Shown one piece after another: positions 17,575 through 26,288 of a stretch of 45,588 nt of DNA. Source of the DNA: Vectrevirus PDP21P3; the sequence record OZ035804.1, one strand, 5' to 3'. A model generated the notes under the pieces. It was not told the origin of the DNA, did not search any database, and worked only from the letters and a program-made list of their open reading frames with translations. Positions within the stretch are counted from its first letter, which is position 1; every line of letters starts with the position of its first letter. The position numbers and the translations under genes were made by a program.

Positions 17575-18297
17575 ATGTATAAATTAGTATTGAATGTAGG
17601 TGATTATGTTCGTAACATCAATGAAGCCTCACGTCGTTATCGTTGCCGTGGTGTAGTGGATCATGTAAGTGAGAACATGTACCATGTAGAATATGATGAT
17701 GGTATTAAGGCTTCTTATCACAAGAAAACCGCACATAAATATCTTGAAAAGATTGTAGAGGTAAACAATCAATGTAAGTGCATACATGATGAGGTTTGCG
17801 ATAAGTGTGCACGTCAGGTAGTTAAAGCCTTTACCTTTGCTCAACGTTATGGTTCTATGTATGGTGCTGGTCACAAGACCATTGCAGAAGCAGCTTGGAA
17901 GACATTGCAGTTTGAGCGTTCAAATGGACGACGCACCACACTTAAGAAAGAGCGCCGCAATGTAATCACTGGTAAGACTCAAAGTGAGATGGTTAAGTTA
18001 TGTGGTACTGCATTAGGCGTGTCACAGTTTAATACCCGTGCTCTAGGTAAATCTACAGGTCAAGCTATGGTGAAGATTGGCGAAGCTATGATGCACCCGA
18101 ATGTACCTGTGCGAATCGTGGATGTTGACCATGCAATCACAGAGCATGGTACACCACGCCGTGTAGCTAACAATCATTTTGCCGACACTATAGAAGACAT
18201 TATCCGTAAGCAAGAGTTGAAAGGTCTTCACATCTTGAATGGTGAAGAATTATTGTACCTCCCTATCGTTACTGAAGAAACCTACGTGAATATCTAA
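17575..18297 (+). CDS. hypothetical protein
   Basis: 240 aa ORF, ATG after CTGGAG; contains an internal promoter-like sequence at 18176..18198. Confidence 0.55.
   Translation: MYKLVLNVGDYVRNINEASRRYRCRGVVDHVSENMYHVEYDDGIKASYHKKTAHKYLEKIVEVNNQCKCIHDEVCDKCARQVVKAFTFAQRYGSMYGAGHKTIAEAAWKTLQFERSNGRRTTLKKERRNVITGKTQSEMVKLCGTALGVSQFNTRALGKSTGQAMVKIGEAMMHPNVPVRIVDVDHAITEHGTPRRVANNHFADTIEDIIRKQELKGLHILNGEELLYLPIVTEETYVNI
18176..18198 (+). promoter_or_regulatory. weak phage-promoter-like site inside CDS
   Basis: ATTTTGCCGACACTATAGAAGAC: downstream half matches consensus, three mismatches in the -13 to -10 region. Confidence 0.3.
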
Positions 18298-18307
18298 GGA
18301 GTTAATC

Positions 18308-18535
18308 ATGACTAAAGTATTAATCTATAAAGCATACAATGAAAAGTGTAAACGCTATGCAGTTGTAGCGCCTAATGGGGTTAAACCTCTTGGTACAACA
18401 AAATGTACAGCACTTCAGCTTGCTAAAATGAAAGCTGAAAACCAAATGCAGTATGCTGGCTCATGGACAGAGGCAGAGTTTCGTAAGGTAGTTGATGGTG
18501 TTGTTGGTAGTTTTATGGTGAAACATGCAGAATAA
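18308..18535 (+). CDS. hypothetical protein
   Basis: 75 aa, RBS AAGGAG. Confidence 0.4.
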   Translation: MTKVLIYKAYNEKCKRYAVVAPNGVKPLGTTKCTALQLAKMKAENQMQYAGSWTEAEFRKVVDGVVGSFMVKHAE

Positions 18536-18734
18536 ACATAGCCTTAAAATGTTCAATGGTCATGAAGACCTGCAAGCACAAATCACCAACCAAGCCTTCC
18601 TGTTTGCACAATTAACTATGGCTGAAGCAAAGAAGAATAGCCTGACGCGTGAACAGGTTATTAAGGAGGCAACTTGGGAGCCACACCAAGGTAAATACAT
18701 GGGCAATAAATTAACTGTAACACGCAGTCGATAA
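18525..18734 (+). CDS. hypothetical protein
   Basis: 69 aa ORF overlapping previous stop. Confidence 0.35.
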   Translation: MQNKHSLKMFNGHEDLQAQITNQAFLFAQLTMAEAKKNSLTREQVIKEATWEPHQGKYMGNKLTVTRSR

Positions 18735-18740
18735 GTCAAG

Positions 18741-18764
18741 GGTTGTCTCACGTGTGAGACAGCC
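18741..18764 (+). repeat. conserved palindrome copy d (ggTTGTCTCACGTGTGAGACAgcc)
   Basis: central CG instead of AT; otherwise identical. Confidence 0.8.
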
Positions 18765-18885
18765 TTTCATCATATTGATTGGAGGTGCATTATGCCACGT
18801 GATTATGATTCTGATTGGGACTACTTTGACTCAATGAATCCAAAACCCGAACGTTCAGATGATTACTACGAAACAGAGGCAATGT

Positions 18886-21396
18886 ATGAAAACTATTGAT
18901 TGGAAGAAGGAAGCAGAAGGGCGAATCCTAGTGATGGATGCGGAAGCTAAAGGTCTGCTTGATGCTATCCGCTATGGTCATCGTGAAGATGTACACATCA
19001 TTTGCTGCATGGATTTGCTTACTACAGAGGAGTTCTTATTCTTTGACCCATATGAGATGCGTGACCCTGAAGCAAGAGAACACCTGAAGGAATGGGAAGG
19101 ACATCAAGATGGAACCTTGGTTGACGGTGTTAACTTCCTGAAGCATTGTGAAGCTATTGTGTCACAGAACTTCCTAGGGTATGACGGCCTTCTCTTTGAG
19201 AAAGCATTCCCTGATATTTGGAAAGGCTTTAACTATACCGAGAAGCGCGGCAAGGGCAGACTCCGTGCTGACCTGTGTCCTATCCGTGTTGTCGACACAC
19301 TGGTAATGAGTCGCCTGTTAAACCCCGACAGACGTCTTCCTCCGCAAGCTTATGCCAAGGGCATGGGTAACGTTGCCCCTCATTCAATTGAGGCGCACGG
19401 CATCCGTATAGGCCGCTATAAGCCGGAGAATGAGGACTGGTCTAAGCTAACTGACCACATGGTTCATCGTGTACGTGAGGACGTGGCGATTGGTCGTGAC
19501 CTGTTCCTGTGGTTGTACAATGGGGAATGGATGGAGCACAAACGCCGTGGCGTGAACAAACGCACTGGCCTAGGTATTGAGACAGCCTTCCACATGGAAT
19601 CCATTGTGGCGCTGGAGATGAGCCGTCAGGCCGAACGCGGATTCCGTCTGGATATCGACAAGGCCTTAGCTCGATGCGAAGAACTGGACGCCAAGATTGA
19701 TGAGACAGTCGCAGCGTTCCGTCCGCATATGCCTATGCGTATCAAGTCTAAACCTTTTAAACCGGAAGAGAAGAATGAAACCTGCCAAAAAGCAAATGAG
19801 TATGGACGAAGCAACAACATCAACGTGGTTCTCGACCCCTCACACTTTCTACATGCAGAACGCCGTGGAGATAGGAAAACTGTTTGGGCTGTCACCACTA
19901 AGTCTGGTGACTGGAGTGCTTCTGTCAAGAAAGATTTCCCTCACCTTAGAGGAAACCGTAATGATACGCCAAGCATCAAGTGGATTGGCGCTTATAGTCC
20001 AGTCACGTTTGAAGAGATTCCCTTGGGAAACCGTGACACCGTTAAGCAAGTGCTCTACGACTATGGCTGGAAAGGTGTGGAGTTCAACGACACCGAGCAA
20101 GCCTATCTTGATGAAAATGGTGTCCTACCTAAGCCTTGGAGTGGTAAGATAAATGAAAAGTCCCTTACTTTATGGCAGGAAAGAGCCGCACGTGAAGGTA
20201 AAACAGTCCCTGATTGGTGCTTGGGTATCGCTGCATGGTACATACTCGTATCCCGTCGTGGTCAGATCCTCAACCGTGGTGACGTTGAAGCCTTCAACGA
20301 GAAAGGAACGTGGCCCTCGCAGGCTGGTGTACGAAAGTGTCGTGGCCTTGTACCTGTAGCCTTTAACAAGGAGCTAGGAATCAATGCGCAGCAATACTAC
20401 GAAAGGTATGGATGTTGGCCTACGTCTGACAAAGATGATGGAGAGTGGCGTGTGCCAGGCAATGCTGTTACTATTGGTACTAATACGTTTCGTATGCGTC
20501 ATCGTAACATTGTTAATATTCCTTCCCGTGGGTTGTATCCTCTACGTGATTTATTCATAGCTAGCAAAGGTAAAATGATACTCGGATGTGATGGCGCGGG
20601 TCTTGAGCTTCGCATCTTAGCCCATTTCATGGGTGATCCTGAGTATATTGATATTGTCTTGAATGGCGATATTCACTCACACAACCAAGCGAAGGCTGGA
20701 TTGCCCTTACGTGACACTGCGAAAACATTTATCTACGCTTTTCTCTACGGGTCTGGCATACCAAACCTTGCCGCTGTATGTGGCATGACTGAAGCACAGA
20801 TGAAAGAGTGTGTCGCTCGCTTTGAAGTAGAGCTACCTCACTTAGCTAAGCTTAAGGAGGGAGTGGAATCTGCTGCTTCACAATTTGGGTACATGCACGC
20901 TGTAGATGGGCGCTGGGGTCGTGTACGTGTTAGTAATGGTGAGATTAAGATTCACACCTGTCTTAATGTACTCCTCCAGATGACCGGTTCTCTCACTATG
21001 AAGTACTCAAAAGTGAAAGCACTAGCTACCATGCGTAAAGAGGGCGTGGCTCTTGATGCTAATGGTAATCCTGCTATGCTTGTCGACTATCACGATGAGT
21101 GGCAGATGGAGGTGCCTGAAGACGAAGTGTTAGAAATTCGCTACTCTATTCCTTCCTCTGAATGGAAAGAAGAAGAGAAAAGGCAGTATCGAGACTCAGA
21201 AGGACGTATGTGGTCTGCACCTAAGATTGTGGAAGGCAACCCTAAAGAGGATGAGGAGATCACTGTACGTCGTCGTTATCATCGTGCTGGTGAGATCCTA
21301 GCTGAATCTATTACATGGGCTGGAGAATATCTCAAGTTACGCATTCGAATGGATGGGGAATATATGCTTGGGTATTCATGGGCTGAAACACACTGA
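18886..21396 (+). CDS. DNA polymerase (family A, T7 gp5-like)
   Basis: ATG after GAGG (track start 18859 is upstream of first ATG); motifs DGAGLELR and RDTAKTFIYAFLYGSG match T7 DNAP motifs A/B as remembered. Confidence 0.9.
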   Translation: MKTIDWKKEAEGRILVMDAEAKGLLDAIRYGHREDVHIICCMDLLTTEEFLFFDPYEMRDPEAREHLKEWEGHQDGTLVDGVNFLKHCEAIVSQNFLGYDGLLFEKAFPDIWKGFNYTEKRGKGRLRADLCPIRVVDTLVMSRLLNPDRRLPPQAYAKGMGNVAPHSIEAHGIRIGRYKPENEDWSKLTDHMVHRVREDVAIGRDLFLWLYNGEWMEHKRRGVNKRTGLGIETAFHMESIVALEMSRQAERGFRLDIDKALARCEELDAKIDETVAAFRPHMPMRIKSKPFKPEEKNETCQKANEYGRSNNINVVLDPSHFLHAERRGDRKTVWAVTTKSGDWSASVKKDFPHLRGNRNDTPSIKWIGAYSPVTFEEIPLGNRDTVKQVLYDYGWKGVEFNDTEQAYLDENGVLPKPWSGKINEKSLTLWQERAAREGKTVPDWCLGIAAWYILVSRRGQILNRGDVEAFNEKGTWPSQAGVRKCRGLVPVAFNKELGINAQQYYERYGCWPTSDKDDGEWRVPGNAVTIGTNTFRMRHRNIVNIPSRGLYPLRDLFIASKGKMILGCDGAGLELRILAHFMGDPEYIDIVLNGDIHSHNQAKAGLPLRDTAKTFIYAFLYGSGIPNLAAVCGMTEAQMKECVARFEVELPHLAKLKEGVESAASQFGYMHAVDGRWGRVRVSNGEIKIHTCLNVLLQMTGSLTMKYSKVKALATMRKEGVALDANGNPAMLVDYHDEWQMEVPEDEVLEIRYSIPSSEWKEEEKRQYRDSEGRMWSAPKIVEGNPKEDEEITVRRRYHRAGEILAESITWAGEYLKLRIRMDGEYMLGYSWAETH

Positions 21397-21455
21397 GTTA
21401 TACTCAAGGTCACTTATGAGTGGCCTTTATGAATAACTTAACTGGAGGAAATATA

Positions 21456-22013
21456 ATGAATGAACTGAACACTAAGATGCTCAAGAAAGTTTATAATCTT
21501 GTATATAGTATCACGGGTCTACAATTCTACCCTGTAGGCGGTGCGGTTCGTGACACCCTGTACGGAGTAACACCTAAAGACTATGATATGGTGTTGCCTG
21601 TAGGGTCTATGGCAGATTTTCAGGCGCACGAAATCATGGAAAATATCTCTGAAGAGATGGCAATTATGGGATTTAGTACCAAACTCTACCAATCATACGG
21701 TATCAATTTAGGTTATGAAATCAACCCTACCTCTTTTCAGGCTATGTTCCTTAGCTGCATGAAAGTGCAGATGCGTAATTGCCAACTTGATTTGCTTCTT
21801 TCTAAGTCTGAAACCATCCAAGATCATGTACGTAAGCACGATTGCAATATGAATATGGTGTGGTTCGATGGTAAAGATATCAAGTGGGAGCACGGCGGTG
21901 TTACTCCTTTCGTTCCTGTGTTAGAGTTCAACCCTGACGTATGTGATCGTCGCATTGCTTACATGGACAAGAAGCGCCATGAACTTATCCGTCACAAATT
22001 AATGCATCTTTGA
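21456..22013 (+). CDS. minimal nucleotidyltransferase, CCA-adding enzyme/poly(A) polymerase head-domain-like
   Basis: FYPVGGAVRDTLYGVTPKDYDMV matches the GGxVRD…D-x-D signature of the tRNA nucleotidyltransferase/poly(A) polymerase family; only ~185 aa; ATG 7 nt after GGAGG. Confidence 0.6.
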   Translation: MNELNTKMLKKVYNLVYSITGLQFYPVGGAVRDTLYGVTPKDYDMVLPVGSMADFQAHEIMENISEEMAIMGFSTKLYQSYGINLGYEINPTSFQAMFLSCMKVQMRNCQLDLLLSKSETIQDHVRKHDCNMNMVWFDGKDIKWEHGGVTPFVPVLEFNPDVCDRRIAYMDKKRHELIRHKLMHL

Positions 22014-22035
22014 TTTACCGGACACTATAGAAGGA
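22013..22035 (+). promoter_or_regulatory. phage RNAP promoter
   Basis: ATTTACCGGACACTATAGAAGGA; +1 G at 22030. Confidence 0.7.
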
Positions 22036-22099
22036 AGTCCTAGGTAATCTAGGTTTATAAGGTAGTGTAGGTAATTAAGTAAATATAGGAGATATAAAT

Positions 22100-22477
22100 A
22101 TGTCTATGGTAACTACTCTGGTATTCGTGGCTCAATACTTTCGTGGTCTGGCTAATAAGTTCAAGTCCAAGGCTATCAAAGCTATTGAGTCTCGCATCGA
22201 GGCAGTACAGGCAGAGCAAGTTAAAGTTGAAGAACATCGTAGTTCTCAAATGATTGACTGCCATAACCGCTACTATGCATCTCGTGATGACCTTAATGCA
22301 CGCCAAGTCAAAGAGGTTGAAGAGATGCTGGCACGTCACCAGCAAGAGCGCGACAGTCTGAAAGCTGAATTTGAAGAGAACAAGGCATCCATCGCCCTTG
22401 TACATCAAGCCGCATCTGACAGCCTGAAGAAAGAGATTGTTATGCTGGAAATTGAGTTAGACAACCTGACCAAATAA
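22100..22477 (+). CDS. hypothetical coiled-coil protein
   Basis: 125 aa, charged heptad-like sequence. Confidence 0.5.
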   Translation: MSMVTTLVFVAQYFRGLANKFKSKAIKAIESRIEAVQAEQVKVEEHRSSQMIDCHNRYYASRDDLNARQVKEVEEMLARHQQERDSLKAEFEENKASIALVHQAASDSLKKEIVMLEIELDNLTK

Positions 22478-22498
22478 TTACTGGACACTATAGAACAA
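22476..22498 (+). promoter_or_regulatory. phage RNAP promoter
   Basis: aaTTACTGGACACTATAGAACAA; +1 G at 22493, followed by hairpin and the shared TGATTGTGTAGTG leader motif. Confidence 0.65.
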
Positions 22499-22554
22499 TA
22501 GGTCGGCTTAGTTCGGCCTATGATTGTGTAGTGTAACAATAGGAGACTAAATAA

Positions 22555-23361
22555 ATGGCACGTGGTGATTTTGATTTTGGTGCTCAGGTTACTAAAGCTG
22601 AAGGTAAGGTTTTTAAGAACCCTGAAGTTGGTGATCATGAAGCAGTAATCTCTGGCATCATTCATGTGGGTTCCTTCCAAGATATCTTTAAGAAAGGTAA
22701 TACCACTGAAGTTAAGAAGCCAGCAAACTTTGTTCTTGTTAAGATTGTACTGATGGGTGACGATGACAAGAACGAAGATGATTCTCGCATGGAACAATGG
22801 ATGGCTGTGCCTCTGAAGTCTGGTGATAAGGCAACACTAACTAAGTTCCTGAATGCAGTTGACCCTAAAGAATTGCTGGGTGGCTTCGATGATTTTATCG
22901 GTGAATGTCTGACTGCAACTATGGTTGGCTCTGGCGACAAGAATGATGATGGTACTTTCAAGTATGTTAACTGGAAAGGCTTTGGTGGTATGCCGGATAA
23001 GCTGAAGAAACTTGTCATTGCTCAGGTTGAAGAAGAGGGTCTGTCTATGACAGGTCATATTACCTTCGACAAGCTGACCAAAGAAATCCTTGATGATATT
23101 CCTGCTAACTTGGTGCGTCAATACTTCCTGAACGAGACGCCTCGTGGCAAGAACCTGTCTGTTGCTGGCTCTCACGTAGAAGCAATCATCAAAGCTGCTC
23201 GTGAAGAAGACCCAGAGTGGAAGAAAGCTAAGAAGAAAGATGAAGAGGATGCCACTCCAGCTAATCGTAGATCTCTGGATACCGGCGAGTCTGTTCCACA
23301 GGAAGTACCTGAAGCGGAGGACAACCCTGCACCTGAAATGGATGAAGACGCGGAATACTAA
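22555..23361 (+). CDS. putative ssDNA-binding protein (gp2.5-like) with acidic C-terminal tail
   Basis: 268 aa; C-terminus …EAEDNPAPEMDEDAEY (acidic tail with terminal aromatic residue, as in T7 gp2.5); functional assignment is inference. Confidence 0.5.
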   Translation: MARGDFDFGAQVTKAEGKVFKNPEVGDHEAVISGIIHVGSFQDIFKKGNTTEVKKPANFVLVKIVLMGDDDKNEDDSRMEQWMAVPLKSGDKATLTKFLNAVDPKELLGGFDDFIGECLTATMVGSGDKNDDGTFKYVNWKGFGGMPDKLKKLVIAQVEEEGLSMTGHITFDKLTKEILDDIPANLVRQYFLNETPRGKNLSVAGSHVEAIIKAAREEDPEWKKAKKKDEEDATPANRRSLDTGESVPQEVPEAEDNPAPEMDEDAEY

Positions 23362-23370
23362 GGAGGGCGG

Positions 23371-23589
23371 ATGAAAGTACAAATTGTAACTCTGCATTGC
23401 AAGAAAGGCATCACCACGCTTGGCGGTGGCACTTTCCACTCCTTCTCCGAAGGAGATACATACTCTGACCTGCACTACATCTGGCGCGATGGGCAGCACG
23501 TGGTGAACTACAGCGACCCAGCTACGGGGAAACGCCACGGCGTATCGCTTCCGGCGCATGACATTGCTCAGGTGAACACAGTTTTATAA
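23371..23589 (+). CDS. hypothetical protein
   Basis: 72 aa, RBS AAGGAGGG. Confidence 0.45.
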   Translation: MKVQIVTLHCKKGITTLGGGTFHSFSEGDTYSDLHYIWRDGQHVVNYSDPATGKRHGVSLPAHDIAQVNTVL

Positions 23590-23590
23590 A

Positions 23591-23606
23591 GTCTCACGTG
23601 TGAGAC
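23591..23606 (+). repeat. conserved palindrome copy e
   Basis: GTCTCACGTGTGAGAC. Confidence 0.8.
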
Positions 23607-23621
23607 AAATCGGTGTCCGGT

Positions 23622-23644
23622 ATTTACTGGACACTATAGAAGAG
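23622..23644 (+). promoter_or_regulatory. phage RNAP promoter (consensus copy)
   Basis: ATTTACTGGACACTATAGAAGAG; +1 G at 23639. Confidence 0.7.
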
Positions 23645-23694
23645 AAGAATTTTAATCGGCGATAATGCCATAACCAACAAAAGGAGAATTTAAT

Positions 23695-24066
23695 ATGTTC
23701 AAGATTGAAACTATCGTAAACCGTGTTGTTAAAGGTGCTGCTCTGGTATCCGTTGAGTCTTTCATTATCGTCGATGAAGCTGATCAACTGGTAGCTGGTA
23801 CTAAAGCTTACGATACCCGTGAAGAAGCTCAGGCTAAGATTGACAGCATGGGTAACTTCGCTGCTGGTCTGGAGTTCGCTCGTGCTTGCTTCCCTGAGCA
23901 GGCTGACAAAGCACAGATTGGTAAGGCTAATATCGTAGCTGAATATCTGGATTGGGTTGCTGCTGGTAAACCAGTGAAAGAAGTTAAGGCTGCTGAAGAA
24001 GCTGAAGCTCCAGCAGAAGAAGTAGCTGCACCGGAAACTCCGGTAAGCGAAGAGGAAGAATTTTGA
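23695..24066 (+). CDS. probably highly expressed small protein with acidic C-terminal tail ending in Phe
   Basis: 123 aa; strong RBS AAAAGGAGA; codon choice (GGT, CGT, GCT, CTG, AAA) resembles the capsid gene; own promoter upstream and Tphi-like terminator downstream; C-terminus …APETPVSEEEEF. Confidence 0.7.
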   Translation: MFKIETIVNRVVKGAALVSVESFIIVDEADQLVAGTKAYDTREEAQAKIDSMGNFAAGLEFARACFPEQADKAQIGKANIVAEYLDWVAAGKPVKEVKAAEEAEAPAEEVAAPETPVSEEEEF

Positions 24067-24123
24067 TAATAGCAGGTGTTGCCTCTGTTAGTCCTGGTTG
24101 ACTATCACGCTCACCTCATCTAA

Positions 24124-24158
24124 TGCCCTGTCTGCCTTAGTGTAGGCAGGGTCTTTTG
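24124..24158 (+). terminator. phage Tphi-like terminator hairpin
   Basis: GC-rich hairpin (CTGCC…GGCAG/CCCTG…CAGGG) followed by TCTTTTG; sequence-similar to the element after the capsid gene. Confidence 0.5.
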
Positions 24159-24183
24159 CGTAATAGTTATTGGAGAATGAATT

Positions 24184-24471
24184 ATGCCGACTATTGAATC
24201 TCGTTTGTACTTGGAGACATTACACTATTATAGCCAGCTACACATGTCTGGTATAATGCGTGTTAAGGTTCTTCTAGATGGTGAAGTGTTTCACATAGAA
24301 GAAATCAATGTGGCGATGCAGCCTTACAGAAGACCTGTTGATGTACTCCTTGATATCCTGAAGGAGTGGACATGCAACTCGAAGAATACTTGCGAACAAC
24401 CCTTGCTGTTGACGAAGAAAGTCCTAGTGGCCTCGTGTGGAAAGTTAGGGCAGCGAGAAGAGTTCGTGTAG
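24184..24471 (+). CDS. hypothetical protein
   Basis: 95 aa ORF; its last ~100 nt overlap the HNH-AP2 gene in another frame. Confidence 0.35.
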   Translation: MPTIESRLYLETLHYYSQLHMSGIMRVKVLLDGEVFHIEEINVAMQPYRRPVDVLLDILKEWTCNSKNTCEQPLLLTKKVLVASCGKLGQREEFV

Positions 24472-24842
24472 GTCAGCCAGCACTTGCTTGCTTAAAACCA
24501 GATGGCTACTACCAAAGTACCGTCATGGGTAAGAAGCTGTACGCTCACCGCGTAGTGTTCTTCTTGACGCATGGGTACTGGCCTGTCAATGTGGATCACC
24601 TCGATGGTAATCGTCAGAACAACAAGCCGTATAACCTAGCAGATGTGGATGCAGCAGAGAATGCAGAGAATCGTATGCACTTCGGTTGCTATCTGACTAA
24701 GCAAGGTTGGCGTGTTCGTATCCAAGTTAAAGGTATTAGGAGAGATATTGGCACTTACCCTACCAAGGAAGAGGCCATATCTGCCTATACCAAGGCAAAG
24801 CTAGAACTTCACCACTCTCCACGTTATAAGGAGGTGGTATGA
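24372..24842 (+). CDS. HNH endonuclease with AP2-like DNA-binding domain
   Basis: HRVVFFLTHGYWPVNVDHLDGNRQNN (HNH motif) plus GWRVRIQVKGIRRDIGTYPTKEEAISAY (AP2-type); ATG 5 nt after AAGGAG. Confidence 0.7.
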   Translation: MQLEEYLRTTLAVDEESPSGLVWKVRAARRVRVGQPALACLKPDGYYQSTVMGKKLYAHRVVFFLTHGYWPVNVDHLDGNRQNNKPYNLADVDAAENAENRMHFGCYLTKQGWRVRIQVKGIRRDIGTYPTKEEAISAYTKAKLELHHSPRYKEVV

Positions 24843-25867
24843 GTAGGCCTTTATTTAACTTTGGTGCAGAAGTTTCTGAAGATAACAACCTGATAGTGTG
24901 GCCAACTGAAGGTAATAGAATCGCTTTAATAGATGCTGATATGCTACCTTATATTGTAGGGTACACAATCAGTGACATGACTTATGTACGAGCCACAACT
25001 CGTGTTAAGTCAGGACAAGTCCCATCAATCAAAGATACACCTGAGTGTAAGCAAGCATGTGACCGTGTGAACTCCTTGCTTAACTCTTGGGTGTATGCAG
25101 CAGAGTGCGATGCAGCTAAGTTATTCATGACGAAATCAGAAGCTAACTTCCGTGTTCGCCTAGCATTCACCAAGCCTTACAAAGGTCAACGTAAGACTGA
25201 GAAGCCTCCATTCTTCTATGAATTGCGAGAGCATCTCTTAGAGGTTCATGGTGCAATCTTGGCAGATGGAGAAGAAGCGGATGACCTCATGAGCATCACA
25301 CAATGGGATAGCCACCGCCGCTTCCAGCAAGATACAGGTAACGAGTTCCCTATCGGTAGTCCAGAGCATAAAGCATTCTCTGACACTTGCATCGTTTCCT
25401 TGGATAAGGATTTGATGATTGTTCCCGGTTGGCATCTACAGCCGGGAGGTGAGAAGAAATGGGTAGAGCCTATGGGTTGGCTTGAGCTACGCCGCAAGGC
25501 TAATGGTCAAGTGAAAGACCTTAAAGGTGCTGGCCTCATGTTCCATTATGCACAGATGATTATCGGTGATGATATTGATAATTACGCTGGCATACCCGGA
25601 CGTGGTGCTAAATACGCCTATGATCTTCTCAAAGATTGTAAGACAGAGAAAGAGTTGTACATGGCAGTGCTTGGTGCATATAAGGCTAAGTTCGGACATG
25701 GACAAGTTAAGATTAAGAATTACCGAGGTGGTTATCGTATCGGCAAGGCTTTTGACCTGATGCTTGAATGTGGTCGCCTAGCACACATGGCAAGATTCAA
25801 GGGTGATATATGGCGAGCCGATAAGAACCCAATCTTGTGGGGAGATGACGATGGATGGATGCATTGA
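24839..25867 (+). CDS. 5'-3' exonuclease (T7 gp6-like)
   Basis: EEADDLMSITQW, VSLDKDLMIVPG and IGDDIDNYAGIPGRG correspond to T7 gp6 motifs as remembered. Confidence 0.85.
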   Translation: MSRPLFNFGAEVSEDNNLIVWPTEGNRIALIDADMLPYIVGYTISDMTYVRATTRVKSGQVPSIKDTPECKQACDRVNSLLNSWVYAAECDAAKLFMTKSEANFRVRLAFTKPYKGQRKTEKPPFFYELREHLLEVHGAILADGEEADDLMSITQWDSHRRFQQDTGNEFPIGSPEHKAFSDTCIVSLDKDLMIVPGWHLQPGGEKKWVEPMGWLELRRKANGQVKDLKGAGLMFHYAQMIIGDDIDNYAGIPGRGAKYAYDLLKDCKTEKELYMAVLGAYKAKFGHGQVKIKNYRGGYRIGKAFDLMLECGRLAHMARFKGDIWRADKNPILWGDDDGWMH

Positions 25868-26288
25868 CCATGGGTGTAAGGGTTATGGTATAGGTTATGC
25901 TACTTCCTATTATAAAGGCCGTGACGGTAAGAAGAAGTTTACCACTAAACACAGAGTAGTATACTGTAAACACCATAACATTCACCCTGAAGATTTGCCT
26001 AAAGATATTGTTATTAGGCACAAATGTGATAATGCACGTTGTATTAATCCTTTACACTTAGAGTCTGGTACACATCGAGATAACATGAAAGATATGGCTG
26101 TCCGTGGTAGAGCCTACAAAGGTGGAATGCCGGGAGAAAAGAATGGCAGATGTGTGCTTTCTGATTTACAAGTAGCAGAGTTACGAGCCTTACGTGCTAA
26201 AGGGTTTACTTGTAAAGCTCTAGCTGAACGGTATGGCATAGGTATTACTCAAGTATCTAGACTAGCAAGAGGAGAGCAACGTGCGTAA
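25851..26288 (+). CDS. HNH endonuclease with C-terminal HTH
   Basis: HRVVYCKHH…RHKCDNARCINPLHLESGTHRDN (HNH) and C-terminal helix-turn-helix-like ALAERYGIGITQVSRLARG; start overlaps exonuclease 3' end. Confidence 0.7.
   Translation: MDGCIDHGCKGYGIGYATSYYKGRDGKKKFTTKHRVVYCKHHNIHPEDLPKDIVIRHKCDNARCINPLHLESGTHRDNMKDMAVRGRAYKGGMPGEKNGRCVLSDLQVAELRALRAKGFTCKALAERYGIGITQVSRLARGEQRA

Noticed and set aside
19626-20359. Alternative-frame and antisense ORFs within the DNA polymerase gene (19697..20152, 20153..20359, 19626..19928 -, 19849..20100 -)
   Set aside because: Nested in a gene with clear polymerase motifs; no independent signals.
22405-23559. Minus-strand ORFs 22405..22797, 22662..23018 and 22837..23559
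   Set aside because: Antisense to the promoter-driven + strand genes 22100..23361; no expression signals.
23615-23640. Inverted repeat GTGTCCGG / CTGGACAC overlapping the 23622 promoter
   Set aside because: Only 7/8 complementarity and the second arm is simply part of the promoter consensus; probably coincidental.
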